Assembly (NCBI GenBank): GCA_963732455.1
Contig: CAVSZM010000006.1
Location: forward strand, 131,141-195,140
Direction: 5' to 3'
DNA length: 64,000 bases
Origin: an uncultured Alphaproteobacteria bacterium
Lineage (GTDB): Bacteria; Pseudomonadota; Alphaproteobacteria; Rhizobiales; Xanthobacteraceae
Positions 29,650 through 39,019 of this stretch are shown piece after piece. The notes beneath the pieces are model-generated. The model worked only from the letters and a program-made list of their open reading frames with translations, made no database searches and was not told the origin of the DNA. The translations under genes were made by a program, and so were the position numbers. Positions within the stretch are counted from its first letter, which is position 1, and each line of letters opens with the position of its first letter.

Positions 29650-31006
29650 TCAGTCGCGACGGCGCGAAATGACGTAGGATTCGTCGTAAAACCAGAGCCC
29701 GTTATGTTTGCGCAGAACCTCTCTGGCGGCATCGAGATAACGGCCACTTTGGGTCATTTCCGTCAACCGGTCGTCTTCGATCTGGGCGACATACACCGCC
29801 GCATTCCATGCTGCAAAGGCCGTCGAGGTTCCGATCGAGCCGGTGACCTCATTTGGCAGCGCTTCCATATCATAGCGGAAGATCGAGCGGTTATCGGCAT
29901 AGGCATTAAAGTTAAGATCGCGCCCGGCCGATCCCAGCTCGTATTTCACCGCGCGCAATAGCTCATGACGGCTCACGGCGAAAGGGTTTTCTCCGGGCCA
30001 GACCGCCTGGATAATCTCGATGCCGGGATCCTGCCCGTGGGAGTGAATTCCGATCAATCGGCCCCCCGCCCGCAACGCCCGCGCCAGCGGCGCAATAATG
30101 CGTTTGGCGCGAAAATTGACCGAGGATTTGGCCCGGTAGGGCTGCGAAGCGATGATCAGGTCGAAATTGGCCTCGGAACGGCCGGCACGCGGGATGATCG
30201 AATCAAGCAGGAAACGGTGGTCCTCCCGGTACAGCACGATCGCGACCGGCCGCTCATAGACCGGCATGCCCGAACGAGGGCTGACGTTGGCCCGCCAGTT
30301 CTGCTCCAGAAATGGACCGAGTTCGGCGATCTGGGCCTCGAATTCGCCCGAAGAAGCCCCCCGCAACGCTACCTCGTGCCAGATCATGCCTGCGGCCGCC
30401 GCGGGCGATGCCGGAGTAAGCCAAGGCGCTTCGGCGTAGTACATGTTGGTGAGGACAAAAACGGTAGCGGGGTGTTCGAACAACCGGTCCGGCACCTTGG
30501 CCAAGGTCAGCCGGACGTCCTCCAGGCTGAGTTCCTTCCCGGCGATGTAGAACGGCATATGAGGAAAGCGCCCATGCATCGAGCGCATGACTCGCGCCAG
30601 CACGGTGCCGTCGCCCACGCCGGCATCGAATACCCGCAGCGCCGGCGGCCGGGGGTGGATACTGCCGAGTTCCAGCGCCACCCGCTCCGCGATGACCCGC
30701 TTTTCGCTGCAGGTATGTACGAACAGCAGGTATTTCTGGCGATTCTCGAAAAACCGGAAGTTGCCACGGGGATCGCGCTTCTCGGGCAAGACTTCAAGGC
30801 CACGCGGTGGCGCTACCCCGCCCGGCGTCGAGGCGGCGATATAGGCCTGGATGCGGTCGAGGGTGTCGATGGTGATGCGCTTGCCCTCGCGCAGCCGGTG
30901 TACCAGCTTGCCGTCGTTCACGGCGCGGCGGCCAAAGGTCGAACTCGGCCATATCGGCCTGACGGCAGAAGTCGGAAATCTGGCTCAGGATTTGGTCGTT
31001 TTTCAT
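29650..31006 (-). CDS. HTH plus class I SAM-methyltransferase-fold fusion protein; +1 frameshift at ~30942
   Basis: ORF 30794-31090 gives MKNDQILSQISDFCRQADMAE. Deleting one T joins it to STFGRRAVNDGKLVHRLREGKRITIDTLDRI of ORF 29650-30921. Downstream motifs DAGVGDG, GKE, FDLIIASQPY, LRAGGRL. Confidence 0.72.
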
Positions 31007-31203
31007 GGAGACAGGCAGGTGGGCAGCGGCGGATGGGACGTTTGTCTTACCATCATCTGCCCACCCCTGGGAATGCAGCGGATGGTACACTCCCGGTGAG
31101 GGATGCCGCCGCTCCCAGATGCTGATGTGTGCGCGCCGAAGTCGTCGCGACGATCGGAAACGAGCAGGTGCCCGCGATCGTACACGTCAATGCTCGGCGA
31201 GGT

Positions 31204-32355
31204 CTATCTGACGGAGAAGCCGTGATGAGCCGCGATGTAGCCTCTCGCACTGTCTGCAATGCACTGCGCTTCCAGTCCAATCTCGCGCAATTGTCCCGTC
31301 GGTGAAGTGATCTGACCGCAGAAATATAGCCCAGGCGCGTTTGTCGCCCGGCCTGTCAAAAGCGGCATGCCATGCTTGTCGAATATACCTTCCACATCGG
31401 GCAATAATTGGCGCAGGTCGGGGCGGAAGCCGGTCGCAAGAATAATCGCATCGAATTTTTCGCTTCTGCCCTCGGCGAATACGACACCGTCCGATGTAAG
31501 GCGATCGATACCGCCGTAAATCTTGATCGAGCCGTCCCTGATTTTGTCCAGCGTCCCGATGTCGATCAACGGCACACGTCCGTCCTCTTCGACCATTTGC
31601 CGCGGTCCTTTGGAAGCGCGGCGCAATCCCAATTCCTCGATTGAACCGAGGGCCAGCCGCAGGATCGGAGCGTTGATTAGATCGACGAGGCGCGCGGGCA
31701 GGCGCCGGTACAAGATAGCCCATGCCAAAATCGGAAAGCCCAGGAGGTCGCGCGGCAGAATCTGAACCGGGCCGCGGACGGCAAGACCAACATCAACTTT
31801 GGCGTTGGCCAGATCCAAAGCGATCTCCCCGCCCGAATTGCCGAATCCGACGACCAGCACGCGCTTTCCGACATACGGCGTCGGATTGCGATATTCGCTG
31901 CTGTGGATGACACGGCCTCGATGTAGTTCCGAGCCCGGCCAGGAAGGACGATATGGCGCATCGGCTATGCCCGTTGCCACGACCACAACAGGCGCAGAAA
32001 TCAAGTCCTGGGCTGCATCCGCGCGCCATTGCGTGCCGTCGCGCCTGATGGACCGTACCGTCGCATTGAAAACAGGTTTGATATTGAAACGTTCGGTGTA
32101 GCTTTCCAGGTATTCGACCACCTGCTCGCGAGATGGATAGGTCGGATATATCGGCGGCATCGCCATGCCGGGCAGACCGGAATGGTTGCGATCCGTGTGG
32201 AGGTGAAGCCGATCATAGTGACGTCGCCAAACCGAACCAACGGTTTCGGCTTTCTCCAGGACGGTAACGTTGAGACCCGCCGCGCGCATCGTCATGGCGC
32301 ATGCCAGCCCGGCCGGGCCTGCACCTACGATGATGGCGTCGGGATTTCCTGTCAT
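31204..32355 (-). CDS. Flavin-containing monooxygenase, YUCCA/FMO-like
   Basis: GAGPAGL, WRRHYDRLHLH, YPSREQVVEYLESY, VATG, GRVIHSSEY, GFGNSGGEIALDL, DAIILATGF. Confidence 0.85.
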   Translation of the reverse strand: MTGNPDAIIVGAGPAGLACAMTMRAAGLNVTVLEKAETVGSVWRRHYDRLHLHTDRNHSGLPGMAMPPIYPTYPSREQVVEYLESYTERFNIKPVFNATVRSIRRDGTQWRADAAQDLISAPVVVVATGIADAPYRPSWPGSELHRGRVIHSSEYRNPTPYVGKRVLVVGFGNSGGEIALDLANAKVDVGLAVRGPVQILPRDLLGFPILAWAILYRRLPARLVDLINAPILRLALGSIEELGLRRASKGPRQMVEEDGRVPLIDIGTLDKIRDGSIKIYGGIDRLTSDGVVFAEGRSEKFDAIILATGFRPDLRQLLPDVEGIFDKHGMPLLTGRATNAPGLYFCGQITSPTGQLREIGLEAQCIADSARGYIAAHHGFSVR

Positions 32356-32368
32356 GCCGGCCTGTAAA

Positions 32369-33487
32369 TCACTTCCCCCACACCTCGTTTGCCACTTCGA
32401 CCGCGAGCCTCAGTTTGGCCCACTGCTCTTCCTCGGTGAGGATGTTGCCCTCTTCGGTCGAGGCGAAGCCGCATTGCGGCGATACCGCGAGCTGATCGAG
32501 CGGCGCGTATTTGCCTGCCTCTTCCAGCCGTCGCTTGATGTCGTCCTTCTTTTCCAGCTCACCGCTCTTCGAGGTGATGACGCCGACGACCACGATCTTC
32601 TTGCCCTTCGGCAAATACCGCAGCGGCTCGAAGCCGCCGGCGCGCTCGGAATCGTATTCGAGGAAATAGCCGTCGTAGTTGGTGCCGGCCAGCATGGTCT
32701 CCGCCACCGGCTCGTAGCCGCCGGACGAGATCCAGGTGGAGCGGAAATTGCCGCGGCAGACATGCGTGGTGATCGTCATGTCGGCAGGCCGCTCCGCTAT
32801 CGCGTAGTTGATTACGCGGGCGTAAATCTCCTGCAGATTATCGGCGTCCTCGCCGCGCGCGCGCACCTTGTTGAGTTCATCCTGCGAACAGAGATAGGCC
32901 CATACCGTATCGTCAAGTTGCAGATAGCGGCAGCCGGCATCGTAGAACGCTCTCACCGCCTTGCGATAGGTTTTCGCAATATCCTCAAAGAACAGCTCGA
33001 TATCGGGATAAACCTGCTTCGAGATCGACTTGCGGCCGCCGCGGAAATGCAGCACCGCGGGCGATGGGATTGTCATCTTCGGCATTACATGCGCGGTCTC
33101 GCATTGCTTTTTAAGAAACCTGAAATGCGCCAGCATCGGATGATCGTCGGGAAAGTCGAGCTTGCCGATCACGCGCACCGCGTCATGCCGGGTCTGGATG
33201 CCCGCGAACTGGATGCCCTCGTCGGGGTGGAACAGTTCGCATCCTGTCAACTTGGCGAGAAAATCGAAATGCCACCATGAGCGGCGGAATTCGCCGTCGG
33301 TCGCGAGCTTGAGGCCGATCGAGGCCTGCTTGTGCACGATCTTTTCGATCTCCATGTCCTCGACCTTGCGCAGATCGTCGGCCGAAATTTCACCCTTCTC
33401 CAGTTTGGCGCGCGCCTCCTTGATGCGCGGCGGCCGCAACAGACTGCCGACCTCGTCGGCGCGGAAAGGGGCTTTGGATCTCTGCAT
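32369..33487 (-). CDS. Cobalamin-independent methionine synthase II family, catalytic-domain-only (core MetE-like)
   Basis: ADEVGSLLRP, DGEFRR, Zn ligands HVCRGN, LEYD and SPQCGFAS. Lacks the N-terminal folate-binding barrel of full MetE. Confidence 0.88.
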   Translation of the reverse strand: MQRSKAPFRADEVGSLLRPPRIKEARAKLEKGEISADDLRKVEDMEIEKIVHKQASIGLKLATDGEFRRSWWHFDFLAKLTGCELFHPDEGIQFAGIQTRHDAVRVIGKLDFPDDHPMLAHFRFLKKQCETAHVMPKMTIPSPAVLHFRGGRKSISKQVYPDIELFFEDIAKTYRKAVRAFYDAGCRYLQLDDTVWAYLCSQDELNKVRARGEDADNLQEIYARVINYAIAERPADMTITTHVCRGNFRSTWISSGGYEPVAETMLAGTNYDGYFLEYDSERAGGFEPLRYLPKGKKIVVVGVITSKSGELEKKDDIKRRLEEAGKYAPLDQLAVSPQCGFASTEEGNILTEEEQWAKLRLAVEVANEVWGK

Positions 33488-33544
33488 GGTCTCACTCCCT
33501 GGCGAAGATTGGTCGGTTCTTATGATTACAACATGTTTAATTCT

Positions 33545-33640
33545 TCATTGCGCGCGAAGCGAAAAGCAATCCGGAAATGATTGCGACTAAATGGTTGCGA
33601 CAACTGGATTGCTTCGTCGCTGGCGCTCCTCGCAACGACG
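33545..33640. repeat. Palindromic intergenic repeat (TCATTGCG...AAGCAATCC / GGATTGCTT...CGCAAYGAC family)
   Basis: Internal inverted repeat AAGCAATCC / GGATTGCTT and terminal TCATTGCG / CGCAACGA. Confidence 0.7.
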
Positions 33641-33658
33641 GCCGATGTCGACGTAGTG

Positions 33659-34369
33659 TCACGACTTCGCGGTCACGCCGAGAAAGCGTTCGAGTACCGC
33701 GGGATCGGCCTTCAGGGCGGCACTCGCCGCATCATGGACGATCGCGCCGCGCTCCAATATCACGACGCGGTCGGCCAGCCCTAGAATCTTTTGTGCATTC
33801 TGCTCGACAATGATCGAACAGGTGCCGCCGGCGCGGGTTATGGCGCCGATTGCCGCAAGCAACTCCTCCACGATGATCGGCGCCAGCCCCTCCGTCGGCT
33901 CGTCCAGCAGCAATACCCTCGGATTGAGCGTGAGCGCGCGGCCGATCGCCAGCATCTGCTGTTCGCCGCCGGAGAGCTGGTTGCCGAAATTGTTGCGGCG
34001 CTCTTTCAGCCGCGGAAACATCTCGTAGACCTTCGCGACCGTCCACGGTCCCGGCTGCGCCACCGCGGTCATGTTCTCTTCCACCGTCAGCGACCGGAAG
34101 ATGTTGCGCTCCTGCGGTACCCAGCCGATGCCCGCCCGTGCCCGCTGATCCGGGCGCATCTGCGTGATATCCTGCCCGCCAAGGGCGACGGTCCCCGCGA
34201 AACGCCTGTTAATTCCGACAATCGAATTGATCAGCGTGGTCTTGCCGGTGCCGTTGCGGCCCAACAGCGCCAGCACCTGACTCTCCGGCAAACGCAGCGA
34301 CATGTTCGGCAATACCACCGCTTCGCCGTAGCCGGCGCGCAGATTTTCGATGCGCAAGAGGTCAGACAT
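33659..34369 (-). CDS. Liv-type ABC transporter ATP-binding protein (LivF-like)
   Basis: GRNGTGKT, LSGGEQQM, LLDEPTEGL. Confidence 0.92.
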   Translation of the reverse strand: MSDLLRIENLRAGYGEAVVLPNMSLRLPESQVLALLGRNGTGKTTLINSIVGINRRFAGTVALGGQDITQMRPDQRARAGIGWVPQERNIFRSLTVEENMTAVAQPGPWTVAKVYEMFPRLKERRNNFGNQLSGGEQQMLAIGRALTLNPRVLLLDEPTEGLAPIIVEELLAAIGAITRAGGTCSIIVEQNAQKILGLADRVVILERGAIVHDAASAALKADPAVLERFLGVTAKS

Positions 34370-35114
34370 CGGCGGCCTCGCCGAGATAGACCGCCTTGAC
34401 ACGCGCATCGCGCGCGACCTCGCCGGGCGGACCTTCGACCAGCAGCGCTCCGTTGACCAGCACCGAAATGCGGTCGGCGAATGAAAACACCAGATCCATG
34501 TCGTGCTCGATCAGGAGCACCGTGACATCGCGCGGCAAGGCTGCCACCGCGGCGAGAATATCGTGGCGCTCGCTTTCGGGAACGCCGGCGGCGGGCTCGT
34601 CGAGCAGCAGGACGCGCGGTCTGGCGGCGATGGCGACAGCGATCTCCAGCAAACGCTGCTTGCCGTAGGGTAATATCGCCGTGAGATCGTTCATCACATC
34701 GAGTAGATGGAAGCGCGCCAGGTTTTCCGCGATCTCGCTGTTGACGTCGTCGCGCGTGCCCATCTGGCGCCACCAGTCGCTGCCACGGCCAAGCCGCTCC
34801 GACACCGCCAGGCCGATGGTCTCAAGCGGCGTCAGATCGGGGTAGAGCTGATTGATCTGGAAGGTGCGCGACAGTCCTCGCAGCACACGAGTATGCACCG
34901 GCAAGTCCGTGATGTCGTTTCCTTCCAGCAAAATCCGCCCGCCGTTGGGCTTGAGCACGCCGGTCAACAGGTTGATGACCGTGGTCTTGCCGGCGCCGTT
35001 CGGGCCGATCAGCGCGTGGCGCGCGCCGGCCTCAATCTTCAGCGAAAGATCGCGGGTGACGTGGAGCCCGCCAAACTGTTTTTCCAGCCCTTTTGTTTCC
35101 AGAGCTATACTCAT
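34362..35114 (-). CDS. Liv-type ABC transporter ATP-binding protein (LivG-like)
   Basis: GPNGAGKT, LPYGKQR, LLDEPAAG, EHDMD. Confidence 0.92.
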   Translation of the reverse strand: MSIALETKGLEKQFGGLHVTRDLSLKIEAGARHALIGPNGAGKTTVINLLTGVLKPNGGRILLEGNDITDLPVHTRVLRGLSRTFQINQLYPDLTPLETIGLAVSERLGRGSDWWRQMGTRDDVNSEIAENLARFHLLDVMNDLTAILPYGKQRLLEIAVAIAARPRVLLLDEPAAGVPESERHDILAAVAALPRDVTVLLIEHDMDLVFSFADRISVLVNGALLVEGPPGEVARDARVKAVYLGEAADV

Positions 35115-36154
35115 GGCGCGTCGCTCTCGGGGACGGCAACGATTGTCTTTCGTCCGCCGAACTGGCTGATGATGAGGTTCGGCGCCCACAGTGCCCAGCG
35201 ATGCATTCGCTGGCGGCCGACCAGCACGATCACGACCAGCACGAGGCCAATCCAGAACTGCCAGTATTGCGGCGTCAGATTGGAAAAGAATTCCTGCAGC
35301 ATTCTGAACACCACGGCGCCGATCAATCCGCCGTAAAGATAGCCGGTGCCGCCGATCACGAGCACCAGCATCAGGTCGGCCGAACGCTCGAACGAGAACA
35401 CGTCAAGCGAGGCGAGCGCCGTAGTCTGCGTGAACAGCGCCCCCGCGATCCCGGCATAGAATGCAGCGAGCGTGTAAATCGCGATCAGCCGCCGGTTGAC
35501 GGGGATGCCGATCGCCGCCGCGCGCAACGGATTGTTTCTGATGGCGCGCAGCGACAGGCCGAACGGGGAGTGCACGATGCGCCGCGCCAGCAGGAACAGC
35601 AGGAACAGCACGGCAAGACAGTAGAAGAAGCCGACCTTGCCGAACATATCGAAAGCAAACAGGCCCAGGATCGGCTGCATCTCGATACCCTGCAGCCCGT
35701 CGGTGCCGCCGGTGACATTGGAAAAACGCTCCGCCAGCGCCTCAAGCAGTAACGCGATCCCCAGCGTTACCATCAGCCGCGTCAGGTCGACGCCCCTAAT
35801 CACCAGGAAGCTGGTGAGAAAGCCGATCGCCGTGGCGACGAGCCCGGCCACGAGCAGCGCGACCAGAGGTTCGGTGACGATGCCGTGCAAGGCGAGCAAC
35901 CCGGCGCAATAGGCGCCGACGCCGAAGAACGCTGCGTGGCCGAGCGAAACGATCCCGGCGTAGCCGAGGATCAGATCGAGCGACAGCGCGAACAATGCCA
36001 GCCGCACGATATCGGTCATGATCAGGTAGCGGGATGGAAACAGGAACGCGCAGGACAGTGCTGATATCCAGAACGCGATTTCGCTCCAGTGCCAGCGCGC
36101 GTGCTGCCTGGCGTAGTGTCCGATATCGGCTTTCGCGGTCATGGGCGCGCTCAA
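35111..36154 (-). CDS. Liv-type ABC permease (LivM-like)
   Basis: GYAGIVSLGHAAFFG, SPFGLSLRAIRNN, GGTG.LYG. Confidence 0.9.
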   Translation of the reverse strand: MSAPMTAKADIGHYARQHARWHWSEIAFWISALSCAFLFPSRYLIMTDIVRLALFALSLDLILGYAGIVSLGHAAFFGVGAYCAGLLALHGIVTEPLVALLVAGLVATAIGFLTSFLVIRGVDLTRLMVTLGIALLLEALAERFSNVTGGTDGLQGIEMQPILGLFAFDMFGKVGFFYCLAVLFLLFLLARRIVHSPFGLSLRAIRNNPLRAAAIGIPVNRRLIAIYTLAAFYAGIAGALFTQTTALASLDVFSFERSADLMLVLVIGGTGYLYGGLIGAVVFRMLQEFFSNLTPQYWQFWIGLVLVVIVLVGRQRMHRWALWAPNLIISQFGGRKTIVAVPESDAP

Positions 36155-37020
36155 CGGGCAGCAGTGCGTCCGAACAGGCCGTTCGGACGCCAGATCAGAA
36201 TCACGATCATGATGGTGTAGATCACGAACGGCCCCATCTTGGGCACATAGTATTTGCCGGCGACGTCGCCGATTCCGAGCAGCAGCGACGCCAGAAACGG
36301 CCCGGTGATGCTGGAGGAGCCGCCGACGGTCACCACAATCAGGAAGTAGATCATGAACTTGAGCGGAAAATACGGATCGAGCCCCAGAATCTCAGCGCTC
36401 AGGGCGCCGCCGAGACCGGCCAGACCGCATCCGAACGCGAAGGTGAATGCAAATACCTGCGGCACGTTGATGCCGAGCCCGCTGGCGGCGCGCGGATCGT
36501 CCACCGCTGCGCGCAGCCGGCTGCCGAACCGGGTGCGCGCCAGCACCAGTTGCAGCGCCGCGGTCAGCAATCCGCAGATCACGATGATCATCAGCCGATA
36601 GCGGCCGATGCCGACGCCGAAGAAGTCGATCTGTCCTTCGAGCGCAGCCGGAAGCTTGATGAAGATCCGCGACGATCCCATGATGTAGTCCACCGCCGCC
36701 ACCGACATGAAGACGAGGCCGACGCTGAACAGCACCTGATCGAGGTGGCTGCGGTTATAGAGGTGACGATACAGCGAGCGCTCCAGCACCGCGCCGATCA
36801 GCGCGCTTGCAACGAAGGCCAGAGGCAATGCGGCGAAGAACGGCCAGCCGGATTGATTGACCAGAACCGCGCAGACATAGCCGCCCGTCATGGCGAACGC
36901 ACCGTGCGCGAGGTTGACGAAGTTCATCAGGCCCAGCGTCACCGCCAGTCCGCAGGCGAGCACGAACAGCAGCATCCCGTAGGCAACGCCATCGAACAGG
37001 ATGGTGAACAGGGTGGTCAT
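36151..37020 (-). CDS. Liv-type ABC permease (LivH-like)
   Basis: GLMNFVNLAHG, TRFGSRLRAAVDD. Confidence 0.9.
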   Translation of the reverse strand: MTTLFTILFDGVAYGMLLFVLACGLAVTLGLMNFVNLAHGAFAMTGGYVCAVLVNQSGWPFFAALPLAFVASALIGAVLERSLYRHLYNRSHLDQVLFSVGLVFMSVAAVDYIMGSSRIFIKLPAALEGQIDFFGVGIGRYRLMIIVICGLLTAALQLVLARTRFGSRLRAAVDDPRAASGLGINVPQVFAFTFAFGCGLAGLGGALSAEILGLDPYFPLKFMIYFLIVVTVGGSSSITGPFLASLLLGIGDVAGKYYVPKMGPFVIYTIMIVILIWRPNGLFGRTAAR

Positions 37021-37052
37021 GGGATGGTCCGGCTAACCCTTCATCAGTATCC

Positions 37053-37154
37053 GTCACTCCGGGGCAGCGCGCAGCGCTGAGACCGGTATCCTTCGCGACA
37101 CACTTGACCGGGATCCCGGGTTCGCGAGCTTGGAACTCGCGCCCCCGGAATGAC
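37053..37154. repeat. REP-like palindromic element (GTCATTCCGGGG family) directly after the SBP gene
   Basis: Terminal inverted repeats GTCACTCCGGGGC / GCCCCCGGAATGAC. Confidence 0.72.
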
Positions 37155-37160
37155 CTGCGT

Positions 37161-38348
37161 TCACTTCTTCGTCTTGCCGGCGTCCTTGACGGCATCGAAG
37201 GTCTGGAATTCGACGTTGTAAAGTTCGCCGTCGACCTTCTCGACCTTGCGGATGTAGATGTTCTGCACGATGTCACGGGTTTCCGGATCGATCGAGATCG
37301 GCCCACGCGGGCTTTCCCACTTCATCCCCTTCATGGCCTCGATGAGCGCATCGCCGTCGGTCTTGCCGCCGGTCTTTTTCAGCGCCTCGTAGATCAGGTG
37401 GATGCCGTCATAGCCGCTCACCGCCATGAAACCCGGGCGCGTGCCGAAGGCCTTCTTGTAGGCGGTGACGAAATCCTTGTTCATCGCGGAAGGGTGGACT
37501 GCGGAATACAGATGCGCGGTGACGGCGCCGAGCGCCGCATCGCCCATGCCGTTCAGGAGATCGTCGTCCATCACGTCGCCCGGTCCGATCACCTTGATGC
37601 CTGACTTGTCGAGACCGCGCTCGGCATATTGCTTCATGAAGTTGCCGCCCTGCCCTGCCGGAACGAACACGAACACGGCGTCGGGCTTGGCATCCTTCAT
37701 CCGCTGCAGGAACGGCGCGAAGTCGGGATTGGCCAAGGGCACCTTGACCTCTTCGACGATCTCGCCGCCACCGGCGGTGAAGTGTTCCTTGAAGAAATTC
37801 AGCGCGTCGTTGCCGGGGGCGTAGTCCGACGTCAGCGTCGCGACTTTCTTGATGCCGTTCTTGGCGGCCCAGTCGCCGATGATGGTGGAGGACTGCGCGA
37901 GCGTGAAGCTTGTGCGAACGATATAGGGCGAACGCTCGGTGATGATCGAGGTGCCCGCCGCCATCACGATTTCCGGAATCTTGGCCTGGGTCGCCAGTGG
38001 CGCTGCGGCAAGCGCTGCGGGAGTAACGCCGAATCCGGCGATGAAATTGACCTTGTCGTTGACGATCAGTTCCTGGGCGAGACGTTTGGTGTTGTCGGGA
38101 ACCGCAGCGTCGTCCTTGAGGATGACCTCGATCTTCTTGCCGGCGACGGTGTTGCCATGCTGTTGCATGTACAGCTTGACCGCGTTGTCGATCTGCTTGC
38201 CGGTCGAGGCCTGTCCGCCGGTCATCGGCAGGATCAGGCCGATCTTCACGGTCTCCTGCGCCTGTGCCTGCATCGGCGCCAGGGCAAGCGCGCCCGCAAT
38301 TGCAACGCCGGCTGCGGCCTGCGACAACATCTTCGTGCGAATGAACAT
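37161..38348 (-). CDS. ABC substrate-binding protein, PBP1/LivJ-like
   Basis: Signal peptide, VKIGLILPMTG, PYIVRTSF, WESPRGPISIDPETRDIVQN. Confidence 0.9.
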   Translation of the reverse strand: MFIRTKMLSQAAAGVAIAGALALAPMQAQAQETVKIGLILPMTGGQASTGKQIDNAVKLYMQQHGNTVAGKKIEVILKDDAAVPDNTKRLAQELIVNDKVNFIAGFGVTPAALAAAPLATQAKIPEIVMAAGTSIITERSPYIVRTSFTLAQSSTIIGDWAAKNGIKKVATLTSDYAPGNDALNFFKEHFTAGGGEIVEEVKVPLANPDFAPFLQRMKDAKPDAVFVFVPAGQGGNFMKQYAERGLDKSGIKVIGPGDVMDDDLLNGMGDAALGAVTAHLYSAVHPSAMNKDFVTAYKKAFGTRPGFMAVSGYDGIHLIYEALKKTGGKTDGDALIEAMKGMKWESPRGPISIDPETRDIVQNIYIRKVEKVDGELYNVEFQTFDAVKDAGKTKK

Positions 38349-38565
38349 GAACGCTCTCCCCTTTATCGGTTTTGTGCCTCGAACCGAGTCCCCGGCCCTT
38401 GCCTCACCATAACCAGATTTTTCCGCCGTGTACCGGCGCGGCATGGCGTCTCAAGCGCGCAACGTTGTCAATCTCGACTATGGGCGCGATTGCCGTGACC
38501 TGGCGGCTGCAAATTCATCGTCGATCCCATCGGCAGCCGATCAAATCTTCGGAAAGGAAGGCTAA

Positions 38566-38589
38566 TTTATGGTATCCAAATACCATAAA
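38566..38589. promoter_or_regulatory. Perfect 10-bp inverted repeat, probable transcription-factor operator
   Basis: TTTATGGTAT-CCAA-ATACCATAAA in the divergent spacer upstream of the ABC operon. Confidence 0.65.
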
Positions 38590-38724
38590 CCTCAGATAAG
38601 CCAATTTTTACTTTGAGATTTGGGCCACCGCGATGAAATCCGGCTGTGCACTCGAATCTGTCCGTGACGAGGTAGCGCGCGCCCGGCACGCAAATCAACT
38701 TCATAAGCCTGCGACGTTCCGTAG

Positions 38725-39003
38725 ATGCCAATCAGTACGCGCCATCTTGCTATCCTCCTTGTCGTTGCTCTCCCGGCGTTCGGCCTGAGCGCTTGCGGAA
38801 CCATCAACGAGAAGCTCGCCGCCGGCGTAAGCGATACGCTTCCAACATGGGCCGGTGGCTTGCCCGCGGATGCGCCGCCCCGTCCCGGCACCGCGAAATA
38901 CGAGGAGTTCATGCGAGAGCGGGAAAGAAAGCGCCTCGAGCCCGCCGCAACGAGGAGCGAGGCCGGCCAGCCGTCATCGGCAGCGCTGGACGCCGTTCAC
39001 TGA
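38725..39003 (+). CDS. Small putative lipoprotein
   Basis: Hydrophobic N-term with lipobox LSAC, then WAGGLPADAPPRPGT..Y. Confidence 0.65.
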   Translation: MPISTRHLAILLVVALPAFGLSACGTINEKLAAGVSDTLPTWAGGLPADAPPRPGTAKYEEFMRERERKRLEPAATRSEAGQPSSAALDAVH

Positions 39004-39019
39004 ACCGTGCGAAGAGCCG

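Noticed and set aside
33537-33662. GTGA-overlapping 41-aa ORF across the 33545 repeat, and a 36-aa one across the 37053 repeat
   Set aside because: Both stop well before the next gene (the metE-like gene has its own SD), so they are not bridges. They serve as negative controls for the bridging idea.
38592-38912. 106-aa minus-strand ORF and other short track ORFs in intergenic regions (13455-13739, 53449-53949, 45525-45782)
   Set aside because: No motifs or SD, and they overlap better-supported genes or regulatory sites.
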